From positions 9,123 through 73,122 of the IMG/VR virus record IMGVR_UViG_3300044722_000002: a stretch of 64,000 nucleotides of DNA; one strand, 5' to 3'. How positions within the stretch are numbered: the first letter of the stretch is position 1; each line of letters starts with the position of its first letter. Below the pieces are notes generated by a model that saw only the letters and a program-made list of their open reading frames with translations, had not been told where the DNA came from and did not search any database. Shown in pieces: positions 37,193 through 46,694 of the stretch. Both the position numbers and the translations under genes were made by a program. The DNA comes from a virus.

Positions 37193-37477
37193 TTAGTCGC
37201 GTAAACTTTGGATGAATTTCTGCTTAGGACTTGACGGAAACGCTTTCAACGCCAACACGGTCAGACCGCTATTTCGCTGCTCTACCGTGTCGCGTCCAAG
37301 TACTTTGATGAGACTGCGACGATAAGCTGGCGTCAGTTTTCCGTATTGCAATTCATAGGTTTTTAGTTTCCTTGCGATGGTTTCAGCCTCCATGTAATCG
37401 TGTGACGCATTGTGAAGATCAACGTCTTCAATATCGGCCAACTTATCGTCGCAGCGGTTGCAAGTTGTATTTTCCAT
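37193..37477 (-). CDS. Hypothetical protein, first gene of the leftward operon
   Basis: Start MENTTC 6 nt after a -10 box. Confidence 0.55.
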   Translation of the reverse strand: MENTTCNRCDDKLADIEDVDLHNASHDYMEAETIARKLKTYELQYGKLTPAYRRSLIKVLGRDTVEQRNSGLTVLALKAFPSSPKQKFIQSLRD

Positions 37478-37483
37478 GCGCCC

Positions 37484-37512
37484 AATATAATCCAACTATA
37501 TCGGTCTGTCAA
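37484..37512 (-). promoter_or_regulatory. Leftward promoter at the strand switch, leaderless geometry
   Basis: TTGACA-N17-TATATT-N6-ATG. Confidence 0.7.
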
Positions 37513-37992
37513 TACACCATTTCAGGCGAGCAATCAACCGGAATTATCTTGCACGAGGAAGGTATTGTGAGGTACGATGGAAACTCTTTAGCGAACCGGG
37601 TGCAGCGACGGAAGAGAGGGGTAAAAATGAACGACAACGATTTTATCTACAAAAAGGACTTACCGCTTTATATTGACGAGTTAGCTGAGTTTCGGCCCAA
37701 TCCTAACAAGCAGTCGTGTGGACGGCGGAAGGTAGCGGACCCGGTTGATGGCGGCCCAAGAACGTGCGCAAAGGTGAAAGGAATGGTGACGCTGTGAACA
37801 CTCAATCACTCCTACTGATCTCCACGAATCGCTGCCTGTCTCTCGGGTTAGCACTGGTGACGCTGGCGCAGTTGATTGGAAGGTAGAGGTGGCTGGAAAA
37901 TGACGGCACTCCGAGAGATAGTCGTTGGGACTTTGGCGTGGCTGGACACAAGGAAAATCCGCCATGAACGCAACACTAAAGGCCGGTAACAA

Positions 37993-38610
37993 ATGGCCGC
38001 ACAGGAAATAGAAATAATTCCTCCCGATCTAACGGCTCCCCTTAGCCTCTCAGACTCGCTCAAGCCCAAGCAGAAGTCCTTTATTCGCCACTACTTAGAG
38101 ACTGGAAACGGAACTCAATCAACCCGTCTCGCTGGCTACAAGGGTGACGATAACTCCTTGGCCGTCATGGCATCCAACCTATTAAGGAATCCTAAGGTCA
38201 GAGCGGAACTAACACGATTGCTCAATCCGATAGCAGAAGCTGAGGAGATCCTTGCTCGTCTAACTAAGTACTCTCGCTCGTCTATTGCTGATGTTTTGGA
38301 CGGTTCTGGTGAATTTGACATTGACTACGCAAAGGCTAACCACAGTGACGATTTGATCAAAAAGCTCAAGATAAAGCGCAGAATTATCCCGGTGAAAGAC
38401 GGAGAGCCGGAGACTGAGATTACGCACGAGATTGAGCTGCACGACGCTAAGGACGCAACGATTCAGCTGGGCAAATTCCGGGGATTATTCGCTGACCGAA
38501 CGGAATCAGTGAATATAAACGTCGATCTCACCGGCACAGACCTGAACGGAATACTCCAGGGAATGCTCAATGCGGCGATCGACGTGGAGGTGGTTGACGA
38601 AGCTAATTGA
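37993..38610 (+). CDS. terS: Terminase small subunit
   Basis: LKPKQKSFIRHYL..GNGTQS.RLAGY...ASNLLRNPKV; EIELHD...A...LGK..GLF. Confidence 0.9.
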   Translation: MAAQEIEIIPPDLTAPLSLSDSLKPKQKSFIRHYLETGNGTQSTRLAGYKGDDNSLAVMASNLLRNPKVRAELTRLLNPIAEAEEILARLTKYSRSSIADVLDGSGEFDIDYAKANHSDDLIKKLKIKRRIIPVKDGEPETEITHEIELHDAKDATIQLGKFRGLFADRTESVNINVDLTGTDLNGILQGMLNAAIDVEVVDEAN

Positions 38611-39033
38611 CCGACAACGTAGATTATACACTCTCAAGTGTTTAACTCGTTGTGAACACAATGTTTATCTGCTATTTCCTCGCTCCCGGACATATTGGCT
38701 ATTATCAGACCCTCCTTACCTGCCAACAGTTACAGCCAGTCAATTACCGTCTCACGTTAAACACGTGAGCATCGTACTCGATTAGGTCGGTGTCCATACG
38801 GTGGGCGTACCCCATAATCATTAGGAAATTCGCGTGTTTTGCCCCCGGGGCGGGGGATCGATTTTCTCGCCCTGGACGATTTACTCCCCCGCCCCTTTCG
38901 CGAGGCCCCGGTCAACAGGGAAGCGCGCTATAGCGCGCTCTGAGAGGTTTCCGGATGTTAACCGCTATAGAAAGCTATTGTGGTTCCTATTGTGTTATGT
39001 TACTGTTCTTTCTGCGCAAAGCGGTCAAGATTT

Positions 39034-39252
39034 ATGGCAAAGTCTCCTAAAGTTCCATTCAGTTGTTTACTTCCGGCTAGTGCGGTGGAGGCGATTCGCA
39101 GGCAAGCTAAGGCTGATAAATGCTCTCAGGCGGACGTGGTTCACCGGGCGGTAGCTTTACTGTGCTTTGGGGAAGAAATCGCGGGACAGGCGATTGCTCC
39201 GCGCTTGGCGTACTCTTCTGAGTTGGCTCGAAATTACCAGAGTGAGGGTTGA
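39034..39252 (+). CDS. Ribbon-helix-helix (Arc/CopG-like) protein
   Basis: KVPFSCLLP...EAIRRQA....SQADVVHRAV. Confidence 0.6.
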   Translation: MAKSPKVPFSCLLPASAVEAIRRQAKADKCSQADVVHRAVALLCFGEEIAGQAIAPRLAYSSELARNYQSEG

Positions 39253-39303
39253 GGTTTACTTTGGGACGGCCGAGAACTTGCACGCTCCATTTGAGGAAAA
39301 ACA

Positions 39304-39546
39304 ATGAACATATCACGACAAAGTGAACGACGGGCGAGATTTAAGTTTGCGTTTTCCCGTATGCCCTTATGGGAAACCTGGACCACTGAACGTCCGCCGC
39401 GTCTACAACTTCCCGACGACAAAGCGGAGCGTAGGACAATAAACCACTGTAAGTCGATCCCTCGATCTCTACGAAGAAGCATGGCGCGCGAGCGATCCCT
39501 GCGAGAGTTCCGTGCCGATCATGGAATATCAAAGAATCAGGTGTGA
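39304..39546 (+). CDS. Basic hypothetical protein
   Basis: RBS GAGG. Confidence 0.5.
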   Translation: MNISRQSERRARFKFAFSRMPLWETWTTERPPRLQLPDDKAERRTINHCKSIPRSLRRSMARERSLREFRADHGISKNQV

Positions 39547-39826
39547 TTCTACCACAGAAAGAAGGGTAAAAGTGGATAATTGCGCGCAAAAGGTTACCCG
39601 CGATCCCGTGATCTGTTACCTTGTTATGTGCAAAGAGTGCACGGCCATTCACGGCGTTGACGTACTTCACGAGCCAGGTTCTCACACCGAGGCTGCGCAG
39701 TGGTTGAACCGAGACCGCGTTATCCCTCAAGGAATCGTGCACCCCCACGTAGATCTATCACGCGTCCCCGTTTGGCGACGGTGGCTGAACAACTTAACCT
39801 ACTGGATAAGGGAGAATCTTCAATGA
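39520..39826 (+). CDS. Hypothetical protein
   Basis: Ends in an ATGA overlap with the next gene. Confidence 0.4.
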
Positions 39827-40035
39827 CTACACTTCTACTCGCTAGCGGAACACTTTCAATTGGCGTGGTGTTCTGGATACTGATGTTGCTGGTTTTGGTG
39901 TTTGGGTTCTGGACAGGATGGCCTGCGACCGGGCAGCCTGCTTCGTGGCGTCCACTGGGGTTTAACCTTCTCTTGTGGTTTCTGTTATTTCTCTTAGGCT
40001 GGGCTGAGTTTGGGTTCCCGATAGGTGGACGGTAA
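39823..40035 (+). CDS. Small 2-TM membrane protein
   Basis: RBS GGAG; FWILMLLVLVFGFW...LLLWFLLFLLGWAEFGFPI. Confidence 0.7.
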   Translation: MTTLLLASGTLSIGVVFWILMLLVLVFGFWTGWPATGQPASWRPLGFNLLLWFLLFLLGWAEFGFPIGGR

Positions 40036-40516
40036 GGAACTCTCTTCGGAGCCCCACGGCACCAACCTCGCTTTACTCGGTGTATCGCTATTAGATTCGA
40101 GTGGACGCAGTTTACCCACCCTTGGGGAAGGTAAACCAAGTGTACGCCACTGAGTTCTCGCGTTACTTGTACCGAGTTCTCCAGACGGGTTACTCAGACA
40201 GACATCCTCTGCCAACGAGGAGCTGTTTACCATATCTGAGCTGGCCGCATCGGTAAGCGACTTGTTCTGAGTCTCCCGATGTGATTAACGTGCTGTCTCT
40301 GGACGCAGGGCCAAAAGCAATTCCATGCGGCTGTCTCTCCGCGGGCTCCTACCTACAGGCTGGCTTGACGCAGCTTTATCGGCAGGGGATTCATTTGGCT
40401 TCGTATTTCGGTGAGCGCCACCATGCACGGACGATCCTTTGTAAGTCAGTAAATATCGTCAGTTTTTGGGTGATTGAGAGGATTCAAGGAGAATCTTTGT
40501 TTCAACCATCCTGAAC
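40025..40516 (-). ncRNA. Putative large structured ncRNA (about 490 nt)
   Basis: At least 12 nested helices; G-U pairs favour the minus strand; promoter-like TTGCTT-N18-TATCCT at 40552-40523; no credible CDS. Confidence 0.55.
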
Positions 40517-40577
40517 GTGGATAGGATATCGCACGATTTGTATTGAAAGCAAGAAGTATTTTTGCTAGACTGATCTT

Positions 40578-40656
40578 AACGTGCTGCACTCAACTGTCCT
40601 GAACAACAGTTAACCTTCGCCCCGTGAGAGAAATCTTTCGGGGCGTTGGTGTTTTG
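40578..40656 (+). ncRNA. Putative small RNA 1
   Basis: TTGAAA-N17-TAGACT promoter, an AACTGT/ACAGTT hairpin, then a CGCCCCG/CGGGGCG hairpin and T tract. Confidence 0.4.
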
Positions 40657-40671
40657 TGATAGAATCCTTTC

Positions 40672-40812
40672 TGCGCAATCAGCTGTTAGACAGAGACGCC
40701 GATCCATCTGACTGTTAACCGCTACTAATGTGAGCATGGCGAGATCGGGTTGCTGATGTCAGTCGCTTCACTTAAAAAGACGCTTTGATTTTCGGATCGA
40801 GGCGTCTTTGTG
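40672..40812 (+). ncRNA. Putative small RNA 2 with terminator
   Basis: Extended -10 TGaTAGAAT; ATCAGC/GCTGAT and CCGATC/GATCGG stems; UUCG-capped terminator at 40776-40809. Confidence 0.45.
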
Positions 40813-40833
40813 TATTCAACTAAAATAAATTGT

Positions 40834-40863
40834 TTGCAATTTAGTTATAAACGGTTGTACACT
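40834..40863 (+). promoter_or_regulatory. Promoter of the head operon, leaderless geometry
   Basis: TTGCAA-N18-TACACT-N8-ATG; no SD. Confidence 0.6.
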
Positions 40864-40871
40864 CCCGTTCG

Positions 40872-42362
40872 ATGTCTACACCTGAAGGCGGACTACCTTC
40901 CGCCACCCCCGATGTATCTAGTCAATCCGTAGCAACTAGCGGTTCACAACCGGCAGACTCGTCACCTGCGCCGGCTACGGCGGATTCTTCGTTGGCGGAC
41001 GTACAACCGCAATCCGTTCAAGGAGAGCCTGATCCACTTGCAGGACTGCCTACTGAGGAAGAAATTCAGGAAGCAATCAAACAAGGGACACCCTTCGCAA
41101 AAGGGTTGGCTCAGATCAAGGGTGCTTACGACCCGCTCAAAACCCAATTCGACGAACTTTCCGGTAAGCACAAAATCTTCGAGAATGTAGCGGATCGCTT
41201 TCAGACTCCTGAAGAAGTGCAGGAAACCGTCGATTTTCGCGAACGGTTCTTAGGTTGGAAACGAGATGATTCAGGTCAACTCGAACCCGCCACGGAACCC
41301 GCTGCCCAGTTTCTGGTTGAAAAGTATCCCGATCACGCTCGCTATCTCTGGGCTGACATGTCCGAGATGCAAGTACCGAATCCGAATACCGGACAACTCA
41401 TGCCTTTGATGGACATTGCCTTAGAAGGCATTGCCGCCGATCCTACGGAGAGGCAGAAGGCGTTAAGGATTCTAGGGGGAGTTGAGCCGTCCCAAGTGGC
41501 CCCACAGTGGCAAGCTACCGCCGAAGAGTTGGAGTCTGTCAAACCAGAGCTTCAGGACATTTATAAGAAGCTTCCGTATGAGGAACGCGAGGAACTCCGC
41601 GCTAATAGTCCTGAGTTTATCAATCGCCATCTGGAAAGAGAAAAATTCCAGCAGGAGTTGATTGCTCAGAACCAACAAGCTCAGGAGCGCGAGTCTCGAC
41701 AACTTCAAGCCCGTGAACAGTATCAGCGGGAACAAGCAAAGCAGGCTGGCAATACGCGAGTCGAGCAGGGCTTTCGGCAGGTATTCACTGAGTTTAAACA
41801 ATCTATTGTAGAACGAAGCAAGTTCGTTGCTCCACTTGATCCGCAATCTCAGGAAGCGCAGCAGATGCCTCCCGAACAAGTGCAGCAATTCAACCAACTA
41901 GCAGAGAGAGTCAACACCGGTATGGGTTCAATGATTGCTCTGGTTACGGCAGCAATGTCCGTTCCGGACACTCAATGGCTTGCACTGGACTTCTTTAAGG
42001 CAATCGGACTTCCTGAAAAAACAATTCAGGATTTTGACGGTGCCAGGAAGGAGTTTGCCAACAATTCTCGTGAATTTGGCGAGTTGGAATTTCTGAAACA
42101 ACCCGGAGGACAACTTCAGTCCAACGCCACTCGTGCGAGTAAAAGCATGAAGGGTTATGGGAATCTGATCGCAGCTCCGTTGTTTGAGTTGGTTGGGAAA
42201 TTATTCGAGATGAAAGCTTCAGGCTACAATTCAACCTTGAACGGCAGCCCTCAAGTCAGACCGTCGATAACTGGATCAGCTTTCGACCCGACCAGGGAAG
42301 CCAGCGGCCAGCCTCCTGCGTCCTTTAGGACAAAGCAGGAGATTGACGCCCTATACGGTTAG
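40872..42362 (+). CDS. Putative capsid scaffolding protein
   Basis: Disordered N-terminus, Q/E-rich coiled coils, directly upstream of the capsid gene. Confidence 0.6.
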   Translation: MSTPEGGLPSATPDVSSQSVATSGSQPADSSPAPATADSSLADVQPQSVQGEPDPLAGLPTEEEIQEAIKQGTPFAKGLAQIKGAYDPLKTQFDELSGKHKIFENVADRFQTPEEVQETVDFRERFLGWKRDDSGQLEPATEPAAQFLVEKYPDHARYLWADMSEMQVPNPNTGQLMPLMDIALEGIAADPTERQKALRILGGVEPSQVAPQWQATAEELESVKPELQDIYKKLPYEEREELRANSPEFINRHLEREKFQQELIAQNQQAQERESRQLQAREQYQREQAKQAGNTRVEQGFRQVFTEFKQSIVERSKFVAPLDPQSQEAQQMPPEQVQQFNQLAERVNTGMGSMIALVTAAMSVPDTQWLALDFFKAIGLPEKTIQDFDGARKEFANNSREFGELEFLKQPGGQLQSNATRASKSMKGYGNLIAAPLFELVGKLFEMKASGYNSTLNGSPQVRPSITGSAFDPTREASGQPPASFRTKQEIDALYG

Positions 42363-42376
42363 AGGAGCTAAAATCC

Positions 42377-43669
42377 ATGCCCGAAGTAACTAGTGTAACT
42401 AATCTACTCGATCTGTATCAACAGCAGATCGTGATGGCAAAAAATCAATATGTTGTTAGAGCCCCGCTTTGGCACGCTATTGGCACGATGACTCGCGGTG
42501 AGGTTGTTTCACAGCGAGGCATCAGATACGCCTACGGTAAGAGCCAGCCCGGAGGCCACGGTAACCCTACCCTAAGCCAGCCGGACAACAATAGAGCAAT
42601 CCCTGAGCAGACGGATTCGATGTGGGCGGTGCCCCAGTGGTACACCATTCCTATCGAGATTGACTATTCGCTGCTAAACGATGCTGGTGGAGCGCGAGGC
42701 CCGAAGAAGGCCCAGGCGATGTTCAATATCGAGCGCATCATCAAAAACGTCACTGACGTTGCGGCACAACGACAGGAGTTCTACGCTTGCGGTAACGGAT
42801 CAGGTGCGTTGGCTTACGCTTCTGCGTCCTTGACCGTAGCCGGTGCGGGTCAGACGCTAACTTGTGAAACCGCCGCCGCCGCCGCTCCCGGCCACACCAA
42901 GGGTGCCGTGCGGTTGAAACAGAATCAATACTACCAGTCATGGGACACCGCGACCGGGTTACCTGAAGGCACGATCCTTGTAACCTCCGCGAACAACAAG
43001 ACTCAGGCAACCGTGACGCTGCTAAGCGGCGTGGTCACTTCGGGTAACCCAATTACCGATGTCGGTTCCTACAACGCCGTACCGATGGGAATTACGGGAT
43101 TGATCGATGACACAAACCGTATCGTTCAAGGCCGTGATTCAGCAGTGGACACGATTATGAACGTTCCGACGATTGACTTGAACGGCAACAAGTTCACAAT
43201 CAGCGATCGGGAGACGGTCAAGACCATGCTTGTCACACTTAATCTTGAGAAAGGCGCTCGCAGCGGGTTAACGAATATCACGACCCCCGGCCTGATGTCC
43301 GACTTGAGAAAGCAGGGATTTGGTCAACGTCGCCTGACTGCCGATGACGCAGTGACGGACATTGCGGCGATATACAAGGATGTGGACGGAACTCGCATGA
43401 TGGAGATTGCCAACTATGACGAAGATCGTTCGACGTTCTTCCAGGACAACCTCCAGAAATTCACCGAGTTTGAGTTTGACGATATCAATCCTGACGGCCT
43501 TAGTTGGAGAAATCTCCCCGGCGTCAACGCCACAGGTTCACGCAATTTCTACCGCTTCTGGGGAACGAGCTGGACTTTTGGTATAGACGACTTTTTGACT
43601 TGTTCGACAATCAAACGCGCCAGCAGCACAGGAATTGTCCGACAGGTTGATACGGGTCTTGGGAATTAA
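42377..43669 (+). CDS. Major capsid protein
   Basis: 430 aa, strong RBS GAGGAG; GNGSGALA, PMGITGLID, ..GRD segments typical of HK97-fold capsids with an insertion domain; position after the scaffold. Confidence 0.75.
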   Translation: MPEVTSVTNLLDLYQQQIVMAKNQYVVRAPLWHAIGTMTRGEVVSQRGIRYAYGKSQPGGHGNPTLSQPDNNRAIPEQTDSMWAVPQWYTIPIEIDYSLLNDAGGARGPKKAQAMFNIERIIKNVTDVAAQRQEFYACGNGSGALAYASASLTVAGAGQTLTCETAAAAAPGHTKGAVRLKQNQYYQSWDTATGLPEGTILVTSANNKTQATVTLLSGVVTSGNPITDVGSYNAVPMGITGLIDDTNRIVQGRDSAVDTIMNVPTIDLNGNKFTISDRETVKTMLVTLNLEKGARSGLTNITTPGLMSDLRKQGFGQRRLTADDAVTDIAAIYKDVDGTRMMEIANYDEDRSTFFQDNLQKFTEFEFDDINPDGLSWRNLPGVNATGSRNFYRFWGTSWTFGIDDFLTCSTIKRASSTGIVRQVDTGLGN

Positions 43670-44398
43670 CTTTTTTGGCCTACCGCCTTTGCCTTTTCGG
43701 GAGGGCGGCAACTCAAACCCAAACGCTTGTTCGGGGGTCCAGTTTCGTTTCAGTCTATAACTGGCAGTTGCGGATAGGACTCCCGATATTTCAGACCATT
43801 CGGACATACACTTTACTTGATCGCCGATAGTAATCAGGCGATTGGTTCGACGGTTTCGATTGTTGATCTTTGAAGATGACCATTTGATATTCATCGGCCA
43901 ACCGTTTTCAATGCATTCAGAGCATTCTCCGCATGAGTAATGACCGTCGTTCTCAATGCGGTCGGTCTGATCGGTTGGCAACGGATCGCCTAAGAGTCTG
44001 TAGTAGTTCTCGAACCTTGTCAGACCTTGACATGCTCGAATTCCACGTCCAACGTAATTGTGCTGGGTTTTGACGTTAGGATTACGGGCTCGCGTAAGCA
44101 TCCCTACCCAGCGGCTATAGACAGGTGTTTGACGCATTCCGTGAGTTCTTTGAACGGCGCTACGGCAACCACAGGAAGTGGTTCGCTTCTGACCCAACTT
44201 GTTACGGTTAACGATTGACCAATTACCGCACGAGCAGCGACACAGCCAATATCCGGTACGTTCTTTGACGTGGTAGCCAACAAGGCCGAATACGGTTAAG
44301 TGATGGAACTTACGCCCTACAATGGTGATTCGGTGCGTGAAGCTGACAGGTGAACGCGGACGAAGTTTGGCGAGAATGCTATAGTTGAGAATCTGCAT
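43538..44398 (-). mobile_element. Free-standing HNH-type homing endonuclease gene (antisense)
   Basis: GRKF..LTV...WLCRCSCGN...TTSCGC, HGM..TP.Y..W..M..R..NP....YVGRGI, DRIENDGHY...N.KW...N.RNRR. Confidence 0.85.
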
Positions 44399-44492
44399 CC
44401 AAAGATTTCCTTTAACACGGTGATTTGGGTGTAACGTGGGAGACGGTTCATGCCGTCTCTCACACCTAAGTATAACACTTTCGGAGGTAGAA

Positions 44493-44741
44493 ATGGCAGA
44501 TCACGCAATTACTTTAGCGACCGGACAGGTCGGTTCAAACCCCGACGATCAGGGGATGATTAACGAGGACGTGAAGGTGGTTGGCACGGGCGGAACGAGT
44601 GGAACCTACACGACAAAATACGTGAAACAACCGCAGAGAGTTCGGGGTCCATTCTCCTCGTCCATTAGTGGACAAGTAGTTACACTGACGAGTGCTGCCT
44701 TTACCGGCACTGAGTACGCGACTATTGTTGGTTACGCATGA
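44493..44741 (+). CDS. Small virion protein (decoration-like)
   Basis: RBS GGAGG; beta-rich; ATGA coupling. Confidence 0.55.
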   Translation: MADHAITLATGQVGSNPDDQGMINEDVKVVGTGGTSGTYTTKYVKQPQRVRGPFSSSISGQVVTLTSAAFTGTEYATIVGYA

Positions 44742-45505
44742 GTTTTTACGATGACGTTTATAATCAATCTGCGCAGTGGTATCCCCAAATGCCACCGCCT
44801 GAATCTTTCACGTCGAAAGACGCGACAAGGTTTCAGACGCTTATTGATAACGCGACCGGGACTCGGGATGGACGCCCGATAAATAAACTCGCCTGGGCTC
44901 CCTACGAGTTTCGTTGGTACCCGCACCGGATGGAAGAATCTCCCAAGGGTTACACGCTTCCAATTTTCTACTACGGTAACGATGGTGACGGGGGAAAGGT
45001 GGCAGCCCCGCGATGGGTTTTACTTGAAAGACTTGAACCGGAACAGTATGCGGGGACTTGGGAAGTTGGCCGTTACTCCGTTTACGACGGAACGGTCTGG
45101 GACTGGAAAGGTCCATGCCCCTCAGAGCGTTACGTTGAGCTGAGGGCTCACTGCTACCATAACGGAGAGTGCTGTCCCTGTCACGGTGCGGAGTGCCGGT
45201 GTATGGGAGCACTCGAACATTGTTGGGGTTACTACCTTGACCCAAACAGCAATTTGTTAGACTGGATAAAGCGTACCATTAAGGCGGCAATGGGCGACCC
45301 TGAAGTTCGACCTGGTGACGACGTGCGATACCTCGACGCGCCACAAGGCCAGCGAGACGCCCTAACGCGATCACAAACACTCGCGGAAAAGCAAGAGGAC
45401 GAAAGACGTAAAGCGGCAGAGGAAATTCGAGACCATCTTTTGCGAAGCCCTACAAGCGTAGGAGGCTTTACGAAAACGGAAAGTGGTCTATACCTGCTCA
45501 ACTAA
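44738..45505 (+). CDS. Hypothetical protein in the head module
   Basis: Coupled ORF containing a Cys/His cluster. Confidence 0.65.
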   Translation: MSFYDDVYNQSAQWYPQMPPPESFTSKDATRFQTLIDNATGTRDGRPINKLAWAPYEFRWYPHRMEESPKGYTLPIFYYGNDGDGGKVAAPRWVLLERLEPEQYAGTWEVGRYSVYDGTVWDWKGPCPSERYVELRAHCYHNGECCPCHGAECRCMGALEHCWGYYLDPNSNLLDWIKRTIKAAMGDPEVRPGDDVRYLDAPQGQRDALTRSQTLAEKQEDERRKAAEEIRDHLLRSPTSVGGFTKTESGLYLLN

Positions 45506-45524
45506 GAGCAACTGAAAGGATCGT

Positions 45525-46694
45525 ATGAGTCAAGTTTTGGAAGTGTCAGAGGGAATCCCTGTTGACGGCAGAGTGTTTGAGCCGCCGCAATCGAACATCG
45601 ACAACGAAGCCCCGCTCTATCTGGCTTTTGTTGGAAGTTTGATTGATCCACAAACGGCCAAAGATCGTCCGTGGACGAAGGCGGGGGGCATCGAGGTGTC
45701 CAATCCCTGTCTGCGATTTGTGAAACATTTCCTTCGTAAGGGTCGAATCACTCCCTTGCTGAAAGATACGCATGATTTCATCCCTTACGACATTGCCAAA
45801 AAAATCGTGGATGGAGAGCCGACGCAGCATGGATATTTCCGACAGGCAATTCCTCCCGGTTACGTGTCGCCCAATCTTCCTCCGTCGAGAGGTGTAGGTT
45901 ACGGTAAAGATCCGTCACCTGTTGGAACGTTAGTTGGCAAAATTGCGTATCCCGGCGATCAGGTCAATGGGATTCTTGTCGGCAGTGCAAATGTTTCAAG
46001 TGAAGGATACCGGCGGGGAATAGTCGAGATCGCGTCTCTAAAATCTCACCCGTACAAGCCTCGCCAAATGGGCGGAATGTACGTTGATCCCGAAATCTGG
46101 CGGATACAACAAACGATCTTTCCTGACTACCCGTTTTTCTACGATAAGAACAGACAGCCGACGGTTCTAATTAGTGAAGTCGAGCGGGTTCTTGATGATG
46201 CCGCCGAACATTCCAGCCTTCGAGAAATTATTGACAGTTTCATGCTGTCGTTAACTGAATTTCGGGACTACGCGAGCACGACCATTCAGAACTCTCACGC
46301 CAAGATGCGAGAGATTGGAGCAAAAACCGAAGGCTACATCCCTCGTTACACGGCAATGGATTTAGTGCTGCTTGATCAGCTTGGCCTGCAACGTCAGGAT
46401 CGTGAAATCCGACAAGTTGTAGCGAGCGGTGGCGGAAATCAAAAACTAGAGAACATGTTTGAGCAATGGCTGGCAATCTCCCTTGAGGAAAAGCAAGCTA
46501 ACCTCGAACGGCAAAAACGCGCCGGCGAGGTAGCTACGCCTTTAGTTGACGAAGATACTATGAAGGCGGAACCGGAGATCGAGCCTGATCCGGTTGAACT
46601 ACCGTCATACGATTGTGAGTGTGGAAAACCTTTCGACACCGCGCGCGCGATTCAGATGCATAAAACTCGCTGGTGCGAACTAAGGGAGAAATAG
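45525..46694 (+). CDS. Hypothetical protein with C-terminal C2HC zinc finger
   Basis: YDCECGKPF....AIQMHKTRWC; RBS AAGGA. Confidence 0.65.
   Translation: MSQVLEVSEGIPVDGRVFEPPQSNIDNEAPLYLAFVGSLIDPQTAKDRPWTKAGGIEVSNPCLRFVKHFLRKGRITPLLKDTHDFIPYDIAKKIVDGEPTQHGYFRQAIPPGYVSPNLPPSRGVGYGKDPSPVGTLVGKIAYPGDQVNGILVGSANVSSEGYRRGIVEIASLKSHPYKPRQMGGMYVDPEIWRIQQTIFPDYPFFYDKNRQPTVLISEVERVLDDAAEHSSLREIIDSFMLSLTEFRDYASTTIQNSHAKMREIGAKTEGYIPRYTAMDLVLLDQLGLQRQDREIRQVVASGGGNQKLENMFEQWLAISLEEKQANLERQKRAGEVATPLVDEDTMKAEPEIEPDPVELPSYDCECGKPFDTARAIQMHKTRWCELREK

Noticed and set aside
40025-40070. 3' hairpin of the large RNA as group II intron domain V/VI
   Set aside because: No AGC/CGC triad with an AC bulge, no GUGYG 5' end, no interrupted gene and no reverse transcriptase.
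39720-40514. ORFs 39720..40139 (-), 39994..40233 (-) and 40281..40514 (+)
   Set aside because: No convincing RBS or motifs, and they overlap each other or a real gene; the region is better explained by RNA structure.
40750-40765. CTGATG in small RNA 2 as a hammerhead core
   Set aside because: Reads CTGATGT rather than CTGANGA, and there is no correctly placed GAAA.
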